DNA from: a virus
Length of the DNA: 64,000 nt
IMG/VR virus record: IMGVR_UViG_3300013093_000001
Span: 49,906-113,905 of that record
Reading direction: 5' to 3' (one strand)
Part shown: one piece after another, positions 18,991 to 28,024 of the stretch
Position numbering within the stretch: position 1 is the stretch's first letter
Layout of the letters: each line of letters starts with the position of its first letter
The notes under the pieces: generated by a model
The model's input: the letters and a program-made list of their open reading frames with translations, nothing else
Told to the model about the DNA's origin: nothing
Databases searched by the model: none
Translations under genes and position numbers: made by a program

Positions 18991-19059
18991 TTCCTCTTTT
19001 GTGGTCGGCGTTCTTGCCGACCTCGTGTCCCAGGCAGGTTCGACCCTACCTGGGACTGC

Positions 19060-19308
19060 TCAGGCGCTGATCTTGTCAAACGGGTGCTTAACCCAACACC
19101 GCTCAGCGTTCATCAACGACCGTTTGCCGTCATCATGGACGACATAGAACCACAATGTTCGCTTTCCCGGGTACATCGCTGACGGCTCCCAATGATGGGG
19201 TCGGCAACCGGACAGGTCGATGTAGCCTGCACGCAAATCGTAGTCCCAGACCCGCAACCCGTGCGTGATTGGGACTCCATCAAGGGTGCGCTCTGTCGTC
19301 GTTTCCAT
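19060..19308 (-). CDS. hypothetical protein
   Basis: ATG after repeat SD. Confidence 0.75.
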   Translation of the reverse strand: METTTERTLDGVPITHGLRVWDYDLRAGYIDLSGCRPHHWEPSAMYPGKRTLWFYVVHDDGKRSLMNAERCWVKHPFDKISA

Positions 19309-19407
19309 CTCTTCCTCCTTCTAGCTGGCTATTTGCCAACTCGTACCCCGGCCAGGTTCGACCCTGGCCGGGGCTATATTCAGTTGTTATTCAGTTGTGG
19401 GTTAGTG

Positions 19408-19788
19408 CTAGGCGACCTTGGTCTCCTTCGGCGCAGCCTTGACCTCGGGCATCCGGTCGTAGTGGTAGAAGTCGACGATCACGTCGTAGGCTCGCTGACG
19501 CTTCACGTCAACAGCCAACTCGACCGTCTTGCCACCCTTTCGGACAGTCGACTTCCAGCCATTCTTCGACGGGACAATGCGGAAGACAACCTGCTCGTCT
19601 CCCTCACCGATCTTGGCCGTCGCAGAAGTGGCCTTGGTCGCTTTCGTGACGCCGTCCAGCTGGAACCAGCGGAGCTGGACCCGACCGGATTTCGTCGGCT
19701 TCTTGCGACCTGCGCCACCGTTGCTGTTCCCAACCGTCTCCACCTCGGGGACGGTGTCGATCACAACGGTTTCCTTAGTTGCGGTCAT
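19408..19788 (-). CDS. basic hypothetical protein (possible nucleic-acid binding)
   Basis: K/T-rich, strongly biased codon usage. Confidence 0.75.
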   Translation of the reverse strand: MTATKETVVIDTVPEVETVGNSNGGAGRKKPTKSGRVQLRWFQLDGVTKATKATSATAKIGEGDEQVVFRIVPSKNGWKSTVRKGGKTVELAVDVKRQRAYDVIVDFYHYDRMPEVKAAPKETKVA

Positions 19789-19890
19789 CTCTCTTATTTC
19801 CTCCATTGTTGTGTGGCATTCGCCACGCATCCGGCCTTGTGCCGGATGTCTGTACCCGGTGCGGTTATGACGCCACACCGGGCCTTGTTG

Positions 19891-20346
19891 CTAAGCTTCA
19901 ACCGACTGCGACTTCAACGCAGCAATCTGCTGCTGCAACCGCTCGATCTCAGCCACCGGGTCACCCATCATCTGGGTAAACGCCTGCTCAACCGCAGTCA
20001 CAATCCGGTCGGCAGGGTTCAAGCGATAAATCAGGCCTTTTTCATAACCCGACTCACCCTTAATTCCGGCGTAAAGGTTGGTTCCTGCGCGGTTCCGCTT
20101 GACCACGGCCACTCGCCCGTCGTCCATGCGGTACTCACCCGGCTCTGTCACGCGCTCTGCGGCGGGTTTACCACCGGCAAAGGGCGCTTCTAGGGCCTTC
20201 GCAATCAAGGCGCTGGCCTGTTCAGCTGTCATTCCAACAGCTAAAAACTGGTCAATCGCCGACCGCAAGCCGTCTGGTACTTCTCGCTTGACCAGCAGGT
20301 CACCGAGAAAGCTCAGCTGCTTTTCAGTCGCCATTCTTATCGCCAT
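19891..20346 (-). CDS. hypothetical protein (ATEKQ motif)
   Basis: ATG after repeat SD. Confidence 0.75.
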   Translation of the reverse strand: MAIRMATEKQLSFLGDLLVKREVPDGLRSAIDQFLAVGMTAEQASALIAKALEAPFAGGKPAAERVTEPGEYRMDDGRVAVVKRNRAGTNLYAGIKGESGYEKGLIYRLNPADRIVTAVEQAFTQMMGDPVAEIERLQQQIAALKSQSVEA

Positions 20347-20425
20347 GTTTCCTCCTCCATGGGTCCGACCCTGTGCCAGACCTCGTGTCCGGTGCGGTTT
20401 TGACACCGCACCGGACTCCCTAGCA

Positions 20426-20745
20426 ACCCAACATCGCTGTTGGGGGTGGGGCGGTAGGGGTTCCCTACCCACCCCAGTTTGGAGGTTAGAGGAAATCACT
20501 ATTCATTAGACCTGTCGGTGCCACATGCGACCAGCTTCGCGCTGGCCGGGTTTGCACCCTAGCGCCTTGTGTTCACTAGCGGTGCCTCTACGTGCGCGAC
20601 CGCTGCTTCACTTTTGCCACCATCGTCCAAGTGCGCGACGGCGGCCACAAAGCACGCAGGCGCAAGGCTGCTCAGCCAGGTTGCGTGGACACCACAGATA
20701 TAGGTGTCCCGTAAAACCCGACCGGCAACTTTGCGCCTAAAACAA
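20426..20745 (-). ncRNA. ~320-nt structured ncRNA, copy 1
   Basis: homologous to 25445-25789 with compensatory changes; G.U pairs form on minus strand. Confidence 0.7.
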
Positions 20746-20967
20746 GTATACCCAGGGGCCTGAGTGTTGCCTACCCCTAAGCACGACTAATTCTTTCTAA
20801 CCCAAACCTGCTGGCGGCTGCCGGAAGGCTTTACCTTCCCCAGCCAGCCTCGTACCCGGTGTGGCTTCGACACCATACCGGGCCTCCTTACTTGTGCGTC
20901 CAGTCCCGGTAAAGCACCGCGAACAGGGTGCAAGCCATAACAATCATGGCCTCAACAGCGGGTGACA

Positions 20968-21108
20968 TCATTTCTCCCGCTGGCTTTTCAGTCCCAAGCG
21001 TTGACGCACCCAGGCCAGACCTGGCGTTTCAGCCGGGGGCACATAATCCTGTGCGGGTTTAATCCCCTGCCAGACGCTCAACCCCATGTTGGGGTTCATG
21101 TATAGCAT
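20968..21108 (-). CDS. small hypothetical protein
   Basis: ATG after repeat SD. Confidence 0.55.
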   Translation of the reverse strand: MLYMNPNMGLSVWQGIKPAQDYVPPAETPGLAWVRQRLGLKSQREK

Positions 21109-21186
21109 TTCTATCCTCCTTCTAGGTCGGCCTCGTGCCAACCTCGTGTCCCGCGTGGGTTCGACCCCACGCGGGACCACCACCTA

Positions 21187-21372
21187 CTAGGAATTCTCCC
21201 AATTCCGGTAGCTCTTGTCTCGGCGTAACGCTTTCGCGTTTCGCTTCTTGCGCTGGTCTTGGTGGATACCAGCAGCGCCGGATCGTCGCAATTCAAGACG
21301 GGCTCGCAGTTGCTCCTCGCAGGCGCTCAGGTACTTGTCATCCACCAGTTGCAGATGACGCTTCATTATCAT
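21187..21372 (-). CDS. small basic protein
   Basis: ELRRSGAAGIH motif. Confidence 0.65.
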   Translation of the reverse strand: MIMKRHLQLVDDKYLSACEEQLRARLELRRSGAAGIHQDQRKKRNAKALRRDKSYRNWENS

Positions 21373-21460
21373 TATTTCCTCCTGTACCGGCTGGCTCTTT
21401 GCCAGCCTCGTACCCCGGCAGGTTCTGACACCCACCGGGGCCTGGGCCTTTATGGTCCTG

Positions 21461-21643
21461 CTAGAGCAGCACCAAATCTTCAGGCCACGCCTCATCTTCA
21501 CCGCCTGTGTCGAACTGGCCTGGATCCCATTCCAGGACAATGCCAATTCCGTTGGGGCCGTCCACCACCTCAACAACAGTTCCAATCATGGTAGGTGCAC
21601 CGCAAGAGCGGACACGATCTCCCGGTTTGAACTTTTTACTCAT
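21461..21643 (-). CDS. SH3-like small protein
   Basis: KFKPGDRVR..GTVVEV..VLEWD. Confidence 0.7.
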   Translation of the reverse strand: MSKKFKPGDRVRSCGAPTMIGTVVEVVDGPNGIGIVLEWDPGQFDTGGEDEAWPEDLVLL

Positions 21644-21718
21644 TCCTCCTCCACTCTGGTCGGCCTCGTACCGACCTCGTACCCGGTATGGCTTCGACAC
21701 CATACCGGGCCTCGTCAC

Positions 21719-21988
21719 TCAAGCAAAGTCTCGGTAGCGTTTTTCTGCTTCCACGACCGCTCGCGCGATCTTCGACGGTTCCAACCACTCCTGGTGACCG
21801 GACTTAGCTTCCGGCTGCTTCCAGTACCACGCCACGACCTCACTGTGCGTGTCTTCTGCTTTCCACCAGAACAAGCACGTTTCGTAGGTCAAGTCAGGTA
21901 ACTCGACCGTACTCACCAAGACCGAACCAACGCTCTCCAGCGTGACGACTTCTCGTTCGTGGTAACGGGCGTCTTCTTCGTAGTCCAT
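21719..21988 (-). CDS. hypothetical protein
   Basis: VSTV..YETCLF..AKSGH. Confidence 0.75.
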   Translation of the reverse strand: MDYEEDARYHEREVVTLESVGSVLVSTVELPDLTYETCLFWWKAEDTHSEVVAWYWKQPEAKSGHQEWLEPSKIARAVVEAEKRYRDFA

Positions 21989-22064
21989 TTTCTCCTCCTA
22001 ATCAGCTGACCGTTTGCCAGCTTTGCGCCCTGTGTGGTTTCGACACCACACAGGGCCATCTCAC

Positions 22065-22376
22065 TCAGTTGCGCCACCACGTTTCCCAGTCGTACATCTC
22101 ACTGTCGCTCAGGAACCCGTCGCCATCCGGGTCGGTACCAAACCGGGCGAACTCAATGCGCTTCGCCGCTAGGGCGAACTGCAAGTTCTTCGACTCTCCA
22201 GCCGGGACCAAAAACGTCACATCCCACACGGAGAAATCTGTACCGGAACCGGTGTCGTAGCCGTGGTGATCGGCAATGATCTGCTTCAGGAACACCCATT
22301 GGGGGTTTTCCCGTCCAGCGTCATCGCGCTCCGGGTAGGGCAGGTAAGCCTTGTACCGGTGCATTACTGTTGCCAT
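22065..22376 (-). CDS. hypothetical protein
   Basis: ATG after repeat SD. Confidence 0.75.
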   Translation of the reverse strand: MATVMHRYKAYLPYPERDDAGRENPQWVFLKQIIADHHGYDTGSGTDFSVWDVTFLVPAGESKNLQFALAAKRIEFARFGTDPDGDGFLSDSEMYDWETWWRN

Positions 22377-22454
22377 GTTTTCCTCCTCCAACGTGGTCCG
22401 GCCTTGTGCCGGACCTGCGTGCCCTGGCGGGTTCTGACACCCACCAGGGCTTTT

Positions 22455-22760
22455 CTAGCTGGTTGCCGCCTCAAACTCAGCGTTTAACTCAGCAACCTTC
22501 TGCTTGACCGTCCCATCCAGCCACGCTTGCGCCAGTTCATCAATTTTCGGTACCCGGTAGGGCCAAATCTCCCTGAACTCGCTCGCCAGCTTGAATTGCG
22601 CTGTCAAACACTCAGCCGTCATCTCCAACTTGCCGTCAAGTTCTTCTACTATAAACTTGACGAGCTGGGTTTCATTCTGACGGACGGCATCCAATTTCCG
22701 CCAAGTGTTGAAGACGCGCTCTCGCGCTTTTTCTAATTTGGTCGGTGGACCACCAATCAT
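22455..22760 (-). CDS. hypothetical protein
   Basis: ATG after repeat SD. Confidence 0.75.
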   Translation of the reverse strand: MIGGPPTKLEKARERVFNTWRKLDAVRQNETQLVKFIVEELDGKLEMTAECLTAQFKLASEFREIWPYRVPKIDELAQAWLDGTVKQKVAELNAEFEAATS

Positions 22761-22831
22761 TTTTCCTCCTCCTTATCTAGCCACTAGTGGCTTCGTACCG
22801 GTGCAGGGTTCGACCCCCACACCGGTTCCTT

Positions 22832-23101
22832 TTACTGCGAGAACTGCGCGTGGAGCTCTCGGGCGTACTCGGGTATAGCTGCTTTCCACCATGTCTCATA
22901 CCCAAGGTGTTGGGCAATTTGCTGCGCCAAGTGCAGCGCATCTTCCGGCGACAAGAACATGACCGCGTTGCTTCGGTCTGTTTTCGTTCCGGCCAGGTCA
23001 ATGACGACCTTCGTCCCGTCTTCCGTGCGGTGTACGTCTCGCCGTAGCGCGACGTAGTGCATGTAGACGGTGAAGGCGCTGCTTTCGTGGTCTTGTTCCA
23101 T
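22832..23101 (-). CDS. hypothetical protein
   Basis: ATG after repeat SD. Confidence 0.7.
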   Translation of the reverse strand: MEQDHESSAFTVYMHYVALRRDVHRTEDGTKVVIDLAGTKTDRSNAVMFLSPEDALHLAQQIAQHLGYETWWKAAIPEYARELHAQFSQ

Positions 23102-23178
23102 TTTTCCTCCTCCAACATGGGTTCGGCTTCTTGCCGGACCTCGCGTCCCGGTCAGGTTCGACGCTGACCGGGACTCCC

Positions 23179-23424
23179 TCACACGACCGTGAAATTCCCG
23201 GTCTTGGCTTTCACCTTCACGTTCGCGTACCAGCGCCGATCCCGGTAGGGGTCGGGGCCAACCACCACGTCGCTCGGTGTCAGCTCTGCAGCTTTCACAG
23301 TCCCACGGTTGCTGAACGCTGAGGTGTCGGTGAATGCCACCGGCTGCTCAGCCTCAACAGCGTCCTTCAACGCTTTCTTGGACGGGAAGTTACGTCCTCC
23401 TAGCGTGGCGTGGAAGTTGCTCAT
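23179..23424 (-). CDS. hypothetical protein
   Basis: FPSKKALKDAV..VVGPDPYRDRRWYA. Confidence 0.75.
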   Translation of the reverse strand: MSNFHATLGGRNFPSKKALKDAVEAEQPVAFTDTSAFSNRGTVKAAELTPSDVVVGPDPYRDRRWYANVKVKAKTGNFTVV

Positions 23425-23509
23425 TATTTTTCCTCCTCCAACATGGGTCCGGCCTTGTGCCGGACCCTGCGTGCCCCCGCCAGGTTCGACCCTGACGGGG
23501 GCTTCTGTC

Positions 23510-23854
23510 CTACTGGACGTATCCGTTGTCAACACACTCCTGGCAGGTAAAAAACCCTGTCTTTAGGTTGTAGAACCCATCCCAGCCGGTGTCCTTCGCA
23601 TTACAGGACCAGCAATCCGGGGCTGGCATGATTTCGGGCGCTTCGTCCTTGAATGCGTCCCACTCTTTGGGCGTCACCCCGCTGATGAGAAATTCTCTCT
23701 CATCAACACTCAGGTGTGGGAACGCGTCTTGCACGCACTCTCCCACGCCGCGCTCTCGCGCTTCCAGCCACGCTTCCATCGCGTGGGGTGCAACATCAAT
23801 GTCCATCTGGTTCACGTAACCAGTGATGATCGATGTCTTCTGGACTGTGACCAT
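23510..23854 (-). CDS. hypothetical protein
   Basis: VQDAFPHLSVDEREFLISGVTP.EW motif. Confidence 0.75.
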   Translation of the reverse strand: MVTVQKTSIITGYVNQMDIDVAPHAMEAWLEARERGVGECVQDAFPHLSVDEREFLISGVTPKEWDAFKDEAPEIMPAPDCWSCNAKDTGWDGFYNLKTGFFTCQECVDNGYVQ

Positions 23855-23934
23855 TCTTTCCTCCTCCAACTTGGCTCGACCTCATGTCAAGCCTCGTACC
23901 CGGTGGTGGTTCGACCCACCACCGGGCCTTGTGG

Positions 23935-24153
23935 CTAGTGCACCAATTCGTTCGGCATCCAGCCTGGTTGACGGTCTGAGTAGTGTGACTCATCGTCAAC
24001 CGCAGTAATCGTCGCTAACTGCATTCCGTCACCTTCGCTTAGCTTGCATATCGAAGCATTCGCGATTCCCTGCTCTTGCATCGCCAGCAAGGTCTTCAGG
24101 TTCCGTGTGGTCAGTTCAACGCGAAGTTCGTTTCCAACTGCGAACACCTTCAT
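23935..24153 (-). CDS. hypothetical protein
   Basis: ATG after repeat SD. Confidence 0.7.
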   Translation of the reverse strand: MKVFAVGNELRVELTTRNLKTLLAMQEQGIANASICKLSEGDGMQLATITAVDDESHYSDRQPGWMPNELVH

Positions 24154-24235
24154 TTTTTCCTCCTCCAACTTGGCTTGGCCTCGTGCCAGCCTCGTACCCC
24201 TGCCAGGTTCGACCCTGACAGGGGCTCCTTCCGCG

Positions 24236-24682
24236 TCAGCGGTAAAAACCATCACAATCGGTGTCATCTAACCCTAATACGTGGACGAATAGCTTCTCCC
24301 CACACATCAGGCATATCTGCTGGCTGTACTCTTCCAACAACTGATTTTCGACTGCCGAAGCCAGCTCTTCCCCAGACAGACCTTGTTCAGTAAAACTGCT
24401 GAACAACTCGACACAGCGGGGTGCTACCCTCACTGCGTCAATGTGGAAGTCTGCTATCCAGTCCCAGTTCAGTTGTTTATCGTCACCGTGTGCTTTACTA
24501 CTCGTTGACCCGGTGTGATACACATAATCCGACCAGCGGATGTATGTACCGGCCATCGGTGTACCAGAGAGTCTGTAGTGACGATCAACGTATGCCGGTT
24601 CGTGTGGCGGTTCTAATACCGTCTCAACGGTAATCAAAACCGACTCAACCGACAGGGCAGTTTGCAGCAACCGTGCGTCCAC
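24236..24682 (-). CDS. hypothetical protein
   Basis: GTG after repeat SD. Confidence 0.7.
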   Translation of the reverse strand: MDARLLQTALSVESVLITVETVLEPPHEPAYVDRHYRLSGTPMAGTYIRWSDYVYHTGSTSSKAHGDDKQLNWDWIADFHIDAVRVAPRCVELFSSFTEQGLSGEELASAVENQLLEEYSQQICLMCGEKLFVHVLGLDDTDCDGFYR

Positions 24683-24765
24683 TGCTGTTTCCTCCTCCAA
24701 CTTGGCTCGACCTCATGTCAAGCCTCGTACCCGGTACAGTTTCGAGGCTGTACCGGGCCTGTGCG

Positions 24766-24927
24766 CTACGCCAACCCGGCGCGGCGCAGTGCGTCCCGCA
24801 TCGCGGGGTTGCGGTAGTGCGTACCCCGCACCGGGGCGGGACCGCTCGCCTTCGCAGGCATGGCGGCCGGAGTGGCCTCTGCGGCCACAACCGCGACCAG
24901 CTTCCGGTTCACGTTGTATGCGTTCAC
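24766..24927 (-). CDS. small hypothetical protein
   Basis: GTG after repeat SD; NPAMRDALRRAGL. Confidence 0.6.
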   Translation of the reverse strand: MNAYNVNRKLVAVVAAEATPAAMPAKASGPAPVRGTHYRNPAMRDALRRAGLA

Positions 24928-25007
24928 TTTTTTCCTCCTCCAACATGGGCCTGACCTTTTGCCAAGCCTCGTACCCCGGCAGGTTCTGACACCCACCGGG
25001 GCCTTCG

Positions 25008-25280
25008 TCACACGGCGACGATCTTCAATTCGCCTCGCGTGACCAATCGGTACATCGGGCGACACCCATCATCGGTCCGACACAGGGTATCAATGGCGCA
25101 ACGAATGTCATCGACAAGCGTCTCAACTGGGTCATCACCCCTGCGCCAGTTCGGGTAGCGGAACACGTTCTTCATGTCCGCTTCGAACGCAGCAATGTAA
25201 CCAGTGCGTCCAAGAATCTCGTCGGCGTTCCGGGCAAGTGCAACCCAGGCCGCTTCGTCGTAAATCTCCGACATCCTCAT
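25008..25280 (-). CDS. hypothetical protein, first ORF of leftward array
   Basis: ATG after GGAG; start uncertain. Confidence 0.6.
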   Translation of the reverse strand: MRMSEIYDEAAWVALARNADEILGRTGYIAAFEADMKNVFRYPNWRRGDDPVETLVDDIRCAIDTLCRTDDGCRPMYRLVTRGELKIVAV

Positions 25281-25444
25281 GTGACAGCTCCAATCTGTCT
25301 CTAACTCGGTGGCCTCAACTGAGGTCACCGCCTCCGCTTCGTCAGCGGCAGGATGGTTGGTTGTGCAGCGCGGGGTAAATCTCCCAGCCGCGCTGCACAA
25401 CCTCGTGGCCGGTGCGGTTTTGACACCGCACCGGCCTCCAGTAC

Positions 25445-25789
25445 ACCCAACATCGCTGTTGGGGCGGGGGTGGGCGGGGGCTCCCCACCCACCCCCTGTT
25501 TGGAGGTTAGAGGAAATCACTATGTATCAAACCTGTCGGTGCTACATGCGACCGGCTCTTGCCAGTCGGGTTTGCGCCCTAGCTCGTCGTGTCCACTAGC
25601 AAGGCCTCTAACCGCGCACCTGCTGCTTCACTTTTGCCGACATCGCCCAAGTGCGCGACGGCGGCCACAACGAACAACGCAAAGAAGCCGGTCAAGGTAG
25701 CACCTACAGGGATGTACCCCTGTAGGTTGCGGACCCCTTAGATAAGGGTGTCCCTAAAACCCCGACCGGCAACTTTGCGCCTAAAACAA
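25445..25789 (-). ncRNA. ~345-nt structured ncRNA, copy 2, at 5' end of array
   Basis: homologous to 20426-20745. Confidence 0.7.
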
Positions 25790-25932
25790 ACGTACCAACG
25801 GGCAGGAGCGACCACAACCCCCAATCTTTTCTGGTCACTCATTCTTTGGCGCGGGGTCGGCGCTGGCAGCGGCTGGTTGAGCGGCAATTCTTTCCGCTAC
25901 CCAGGATGCTGGTTTCTTTCTCCACCAAGATT

Positions 25933-26016
25933 GAGTGACCGGAGCCGGTACCGGCTTCGGAGTGGCTGAGCGGAGCGACACTCGGAGCAAAAATCGGAGT
26001 GACATTCGGAGTAACT
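25933..26016. repeat. short direct repeats CGGAG(T/C)GAC
   Basis: about six CGGAG cores at roughly 10-13 bp spacing. Confidence 0.5.
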
Positions 26017-26295
26017 CTGATTGCGTGAGTTGATAGCGGCTCTGCACTAGGACTGCGCCCTAGCTTACTCGGCCCTGGCAGCCTCCGCGCTGTCCTCCGC
26101 GCTGTCCTCCAGCAGCCGCTCCCCAGCCACTCTGGGCAGTTGTGGCAGAAAAGATTGGGTGGCGTGAAGAGTAAACCCGTTGCACAGAACTATTGCCTGG
26201 TGTCAAGCTAGGTATTACGCTTGCCTTATGGCAAGCGTTACACGACACACCACCACGGTGGACAACGCAGCGCCAGGGACGGAGGTGACAACAAA

Positions 26296-26697
26296 ATGAG
26301 CAAACGCCAAAACGGCAAGGCACTGCCAATGAGCAGTGTCGCAGGCAAGGGTCACAAGCGAGCACCCCGCCTGTCGGCGAGGGTACCGGAGCACCTGCTA
26401 GCACCTAGCGAGAGGTCCACCGGCTCGCTGCGGTTGGACGACCCGGCACCACGCGAGATTAAGATCGTCGCGCCGCCGCAACCCGCCGTGGTTCCAAGCA
26501 AGGACCACAGCGCCGACGAGCGGCTGGCAGAGGGACGGGTCGGCAAGGACCGCCCCCTGCTTGAGTCGCTGGGTGTGGTAGACGGAGCGTTGTGGGTAGA
26601 CGCCCAGTTTACCGCATTGCCCCGGTTCAGCTGGTCGTACCGCAAGGATGGTACAGCTGAGTACAAGCGCCGCGACCCGGAGCTTGGGTGGTACTGA
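26296..26697 (+). CDS. hypothetical protein
   Basis: GGAGG SD; hairpin follows stop. Confidence 0.7.
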   Translation: MSKRQNGKALPMSSVAGKGHKRAPRLSARVPEHLLAPSERSTGSLRLDDPAPREIKIVAPPQPAVVPSKDHSADERLAEGRVGKDRPLLESLGVVDGALWVDAQFTALPRFSWSYRKDGTAEYKRRDPELGWY

Positions 26698-26769
26698 CGG
26701 TGGGGCGCAGGCCAACAACCTGCGCCCCACCCCCAACAAGCACACACACAGCACACAAAGGAGAGCAAC

Positions 26770-26928
26770 ATGGCAACAGATGTTGACATAGACGAATTGG
26801 AATACCGGCTACGCAAGATAGCAGAAGCTGGCCTGAGTTGGAGCAGGTTTGTTCAGGTAGCGCAGGGAAACGGCGACCTCACATACAAGCAAGCACAGGA
26901 ACTGCGCCAACGGATGCAGCACCGCTAA
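26770..26928 (+). CDS. 52-aa hypothetical protein
   Basis: AAGGAG SD, manual translation MATDVDIDELEYRLRKIAE. Confidence 0.6.
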   Translation: MATDVDIDELEYRLRKIAEAGLSWSRFVQVAQGNGDLTYKQAQELRQRMQHR

Positions 26929-27333
26929 AAGCGGAAACACGCGGCGAACCAACCACGGAATGCCGGGCAGTCGGGTGGCTGCTCTGCACCAGTACAAATC
27001 TCCACACCAGATTCCCAACGTGCCGCCCAACAGGATTCTGGCCTCGGCCCACCTCGGCACGGACACCACCCTTAATCTCCCTCCGCGTGAAAGGACCGCA
27101 GTTGCACCAGGCATCTGAGGCGCGGCCCTCTGCCCCCGCCCTGCCCCTGCCCGACCTCCACCTCCGCACCTGCCCGCCTCTGAACTGGGAACAACTCAAC
27201 CTCGGCCCACCTCGGCCCACCTCGGCCCCAGCCGCCCGAAACTCAGCTCGGCTCAGGGCCAATCTCCTTCGCTTCGCAGCAAATCTCCCTCGCTTCAAAA
27301 TCAGCTCAACGCCGGCTCCCGTGCCGCCGGCGC

Positions 27334-27490
27334 AAGTTACTGGTCGGTAACTTACTGGCCGGTAACATGGTCATGTCGGTAAACCTGGTCAAGTTACCCA
27401 ACATTACCGACATGACCAACATGACCAACATGGGTAAGTTACCCAACATGACCAGCTTACACCCGTGTAACTTAGCGTAGCCTTACCTAA
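27334..27490. repeat. 9-bp-period direct/inverted repeats (ACCAACATG, GTTAC/GTAAC)
   Basis: catgaccaa repeats, aagttacccaacat x2, gttac..gtaac palindromes; related motifs at 28091-28126. Confidence 0.7.
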
Positions 27491-27583
27491 CAACCCATAA
27501 CGTCGTCCCTTACACCATTGCCTGGCCGACTGTCAATAGCTGGACAGTGTGACGTACAACACAAAATTGGTCGGCCTAAACCC

Positions 27584-27612
27584 TTGCGACGTGTGTCCAA
27601 CTAAGGTAATTT
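27584..27612 (+). promoter_or_regulatory. SigA-type promoter
   Basis: TTGCGA-17 bp-TAATTT upstream of 27655. Confidence 0.6.
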
Positions 27613-27654
27613 GGTACTTGTCAGGCAATACCAACCAAGTAGTAAGGACACAAA

Positions 27655-28017
27655 ATGGACACCAACACCAACACCGCCGCCGCCGCCGCCGCCGCCATTG
27701 GCAGCGTCGTCGCAACCCACGGTAACGTCGTCGTCGCCGCGCCGCGCCGGACCGCATGGGTCGTCGTCGGCAAGGGGTATGACGGTCCGACCGGACCGTC
27801 CACCGGACCTGCCGACGGGTGGCAGACCGTCGGCGACACACACGTCCTGACCTACACCATGCGTCAGGTCAAGGCCGGTACGTGGGTCGCTACCAACAAG
27901 GTCACGGGTCGCAGCGCAAAGGGTCTGACCCGCAGCGCCGCGTACGCTTGGTGTGTCCGCGACAACAAGGCGCGTCACGCGGCGGCGGTCGCCGCCGCTA
28001 ACGCCGCAACGGCGTAG
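27655..28017 (+). CDS. Ala/Thr-rich hypothetical protein, monocistronic
   Basis: own promoter, AAGGA SD and downstream hairpin. Confidence 0.7.
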   Translation: MDTNTNTAAAAAAAIGSVVATHGNVVVAAPRRTAWVVVGKGYDGPTGPSTGPADGWQTVGDTHVLTYTMRQVKAGTWVATNKVTGRSAKGLTRSAAYAWCVRDNKARHAAAVAAANAATA

Positions 28018-28024
28018 CGGCCAC

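Larger units (their letters stand above)
3815..25436 (-). repeat. dispersed ~68-bp double-hairpin/SD element, ~44 copies, one per gene cassette
   Basis: Transcribed-strand consensus: ~11-bp stem with GUCRRA loop - (U/C)ACGAG - 6-7-bp stem with purine loop - 6-8 nt - GGAGGA(GGA) - start codon. Copies begin near 3815, 4764, 5225, 5893, 6714, 7354, 7899, 9623, 10099, 10532, 11116, 11650, 12122, 12443, 12763, 13941, 14380, 14980, 15562, 16305, 16792, 17114, 17544, 17868, 18403, 18726, 18991, 19311, 19797, 20348, 20810, 21114, 21375, 21644, 21989, 22378, 22761, 23102, 23427, 23857, 24154, 24688, 24928, 25359; partial copies near 8833 and 13377. Confidence 0.95.

Noticed and set aside
19192-20193. 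333-aa + strand ORF and similar antisense ORFs (e.g. 57907-59001, 44268-45158)
   Set aside because: Shadow frames of well-supported genes in GC-rich DNA
20426-20745. RNase P RNA, c-di-GMP riboswitch or group II intron
   Set aside because: Only short word matches (GAGGAAA, GCAAA, GTGCG); the required pairing elements are absent
3815-25436. tRNA genes (GGTTCGA resembles a T-loop on the + strand)
   Set aside because: No cloverleaf, anticodon arm or CCA; wobble pairs show folding on the opposite strand
3815-25436. CRISPR array or classical integron attC sites
   Set aside because: Intervals are whole genes of variable length, the repeats vary in sequence, there are no RYYYAAC/GTTRRRY ends, and no cas1 or intI is in the window
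3815-25436. Elements as intrinsic terminators or SigA promoters
   Set aside because: No U-tract after the hairpins on the coding strand; TTGACA appears in only a few loops, on the antisense strand
5728-25520. ORF-track N-terminal extensions reading through the elements (MEEE.., ..GGGK..)
   Set aside because: These translate the SD/hairpin itself; true starts lie a few bases after the SD
26170-26210. TTGACA on the minus strand as the array promoter
   Set aside because: No -10 box at 16-19 bp spacing; left uncalled
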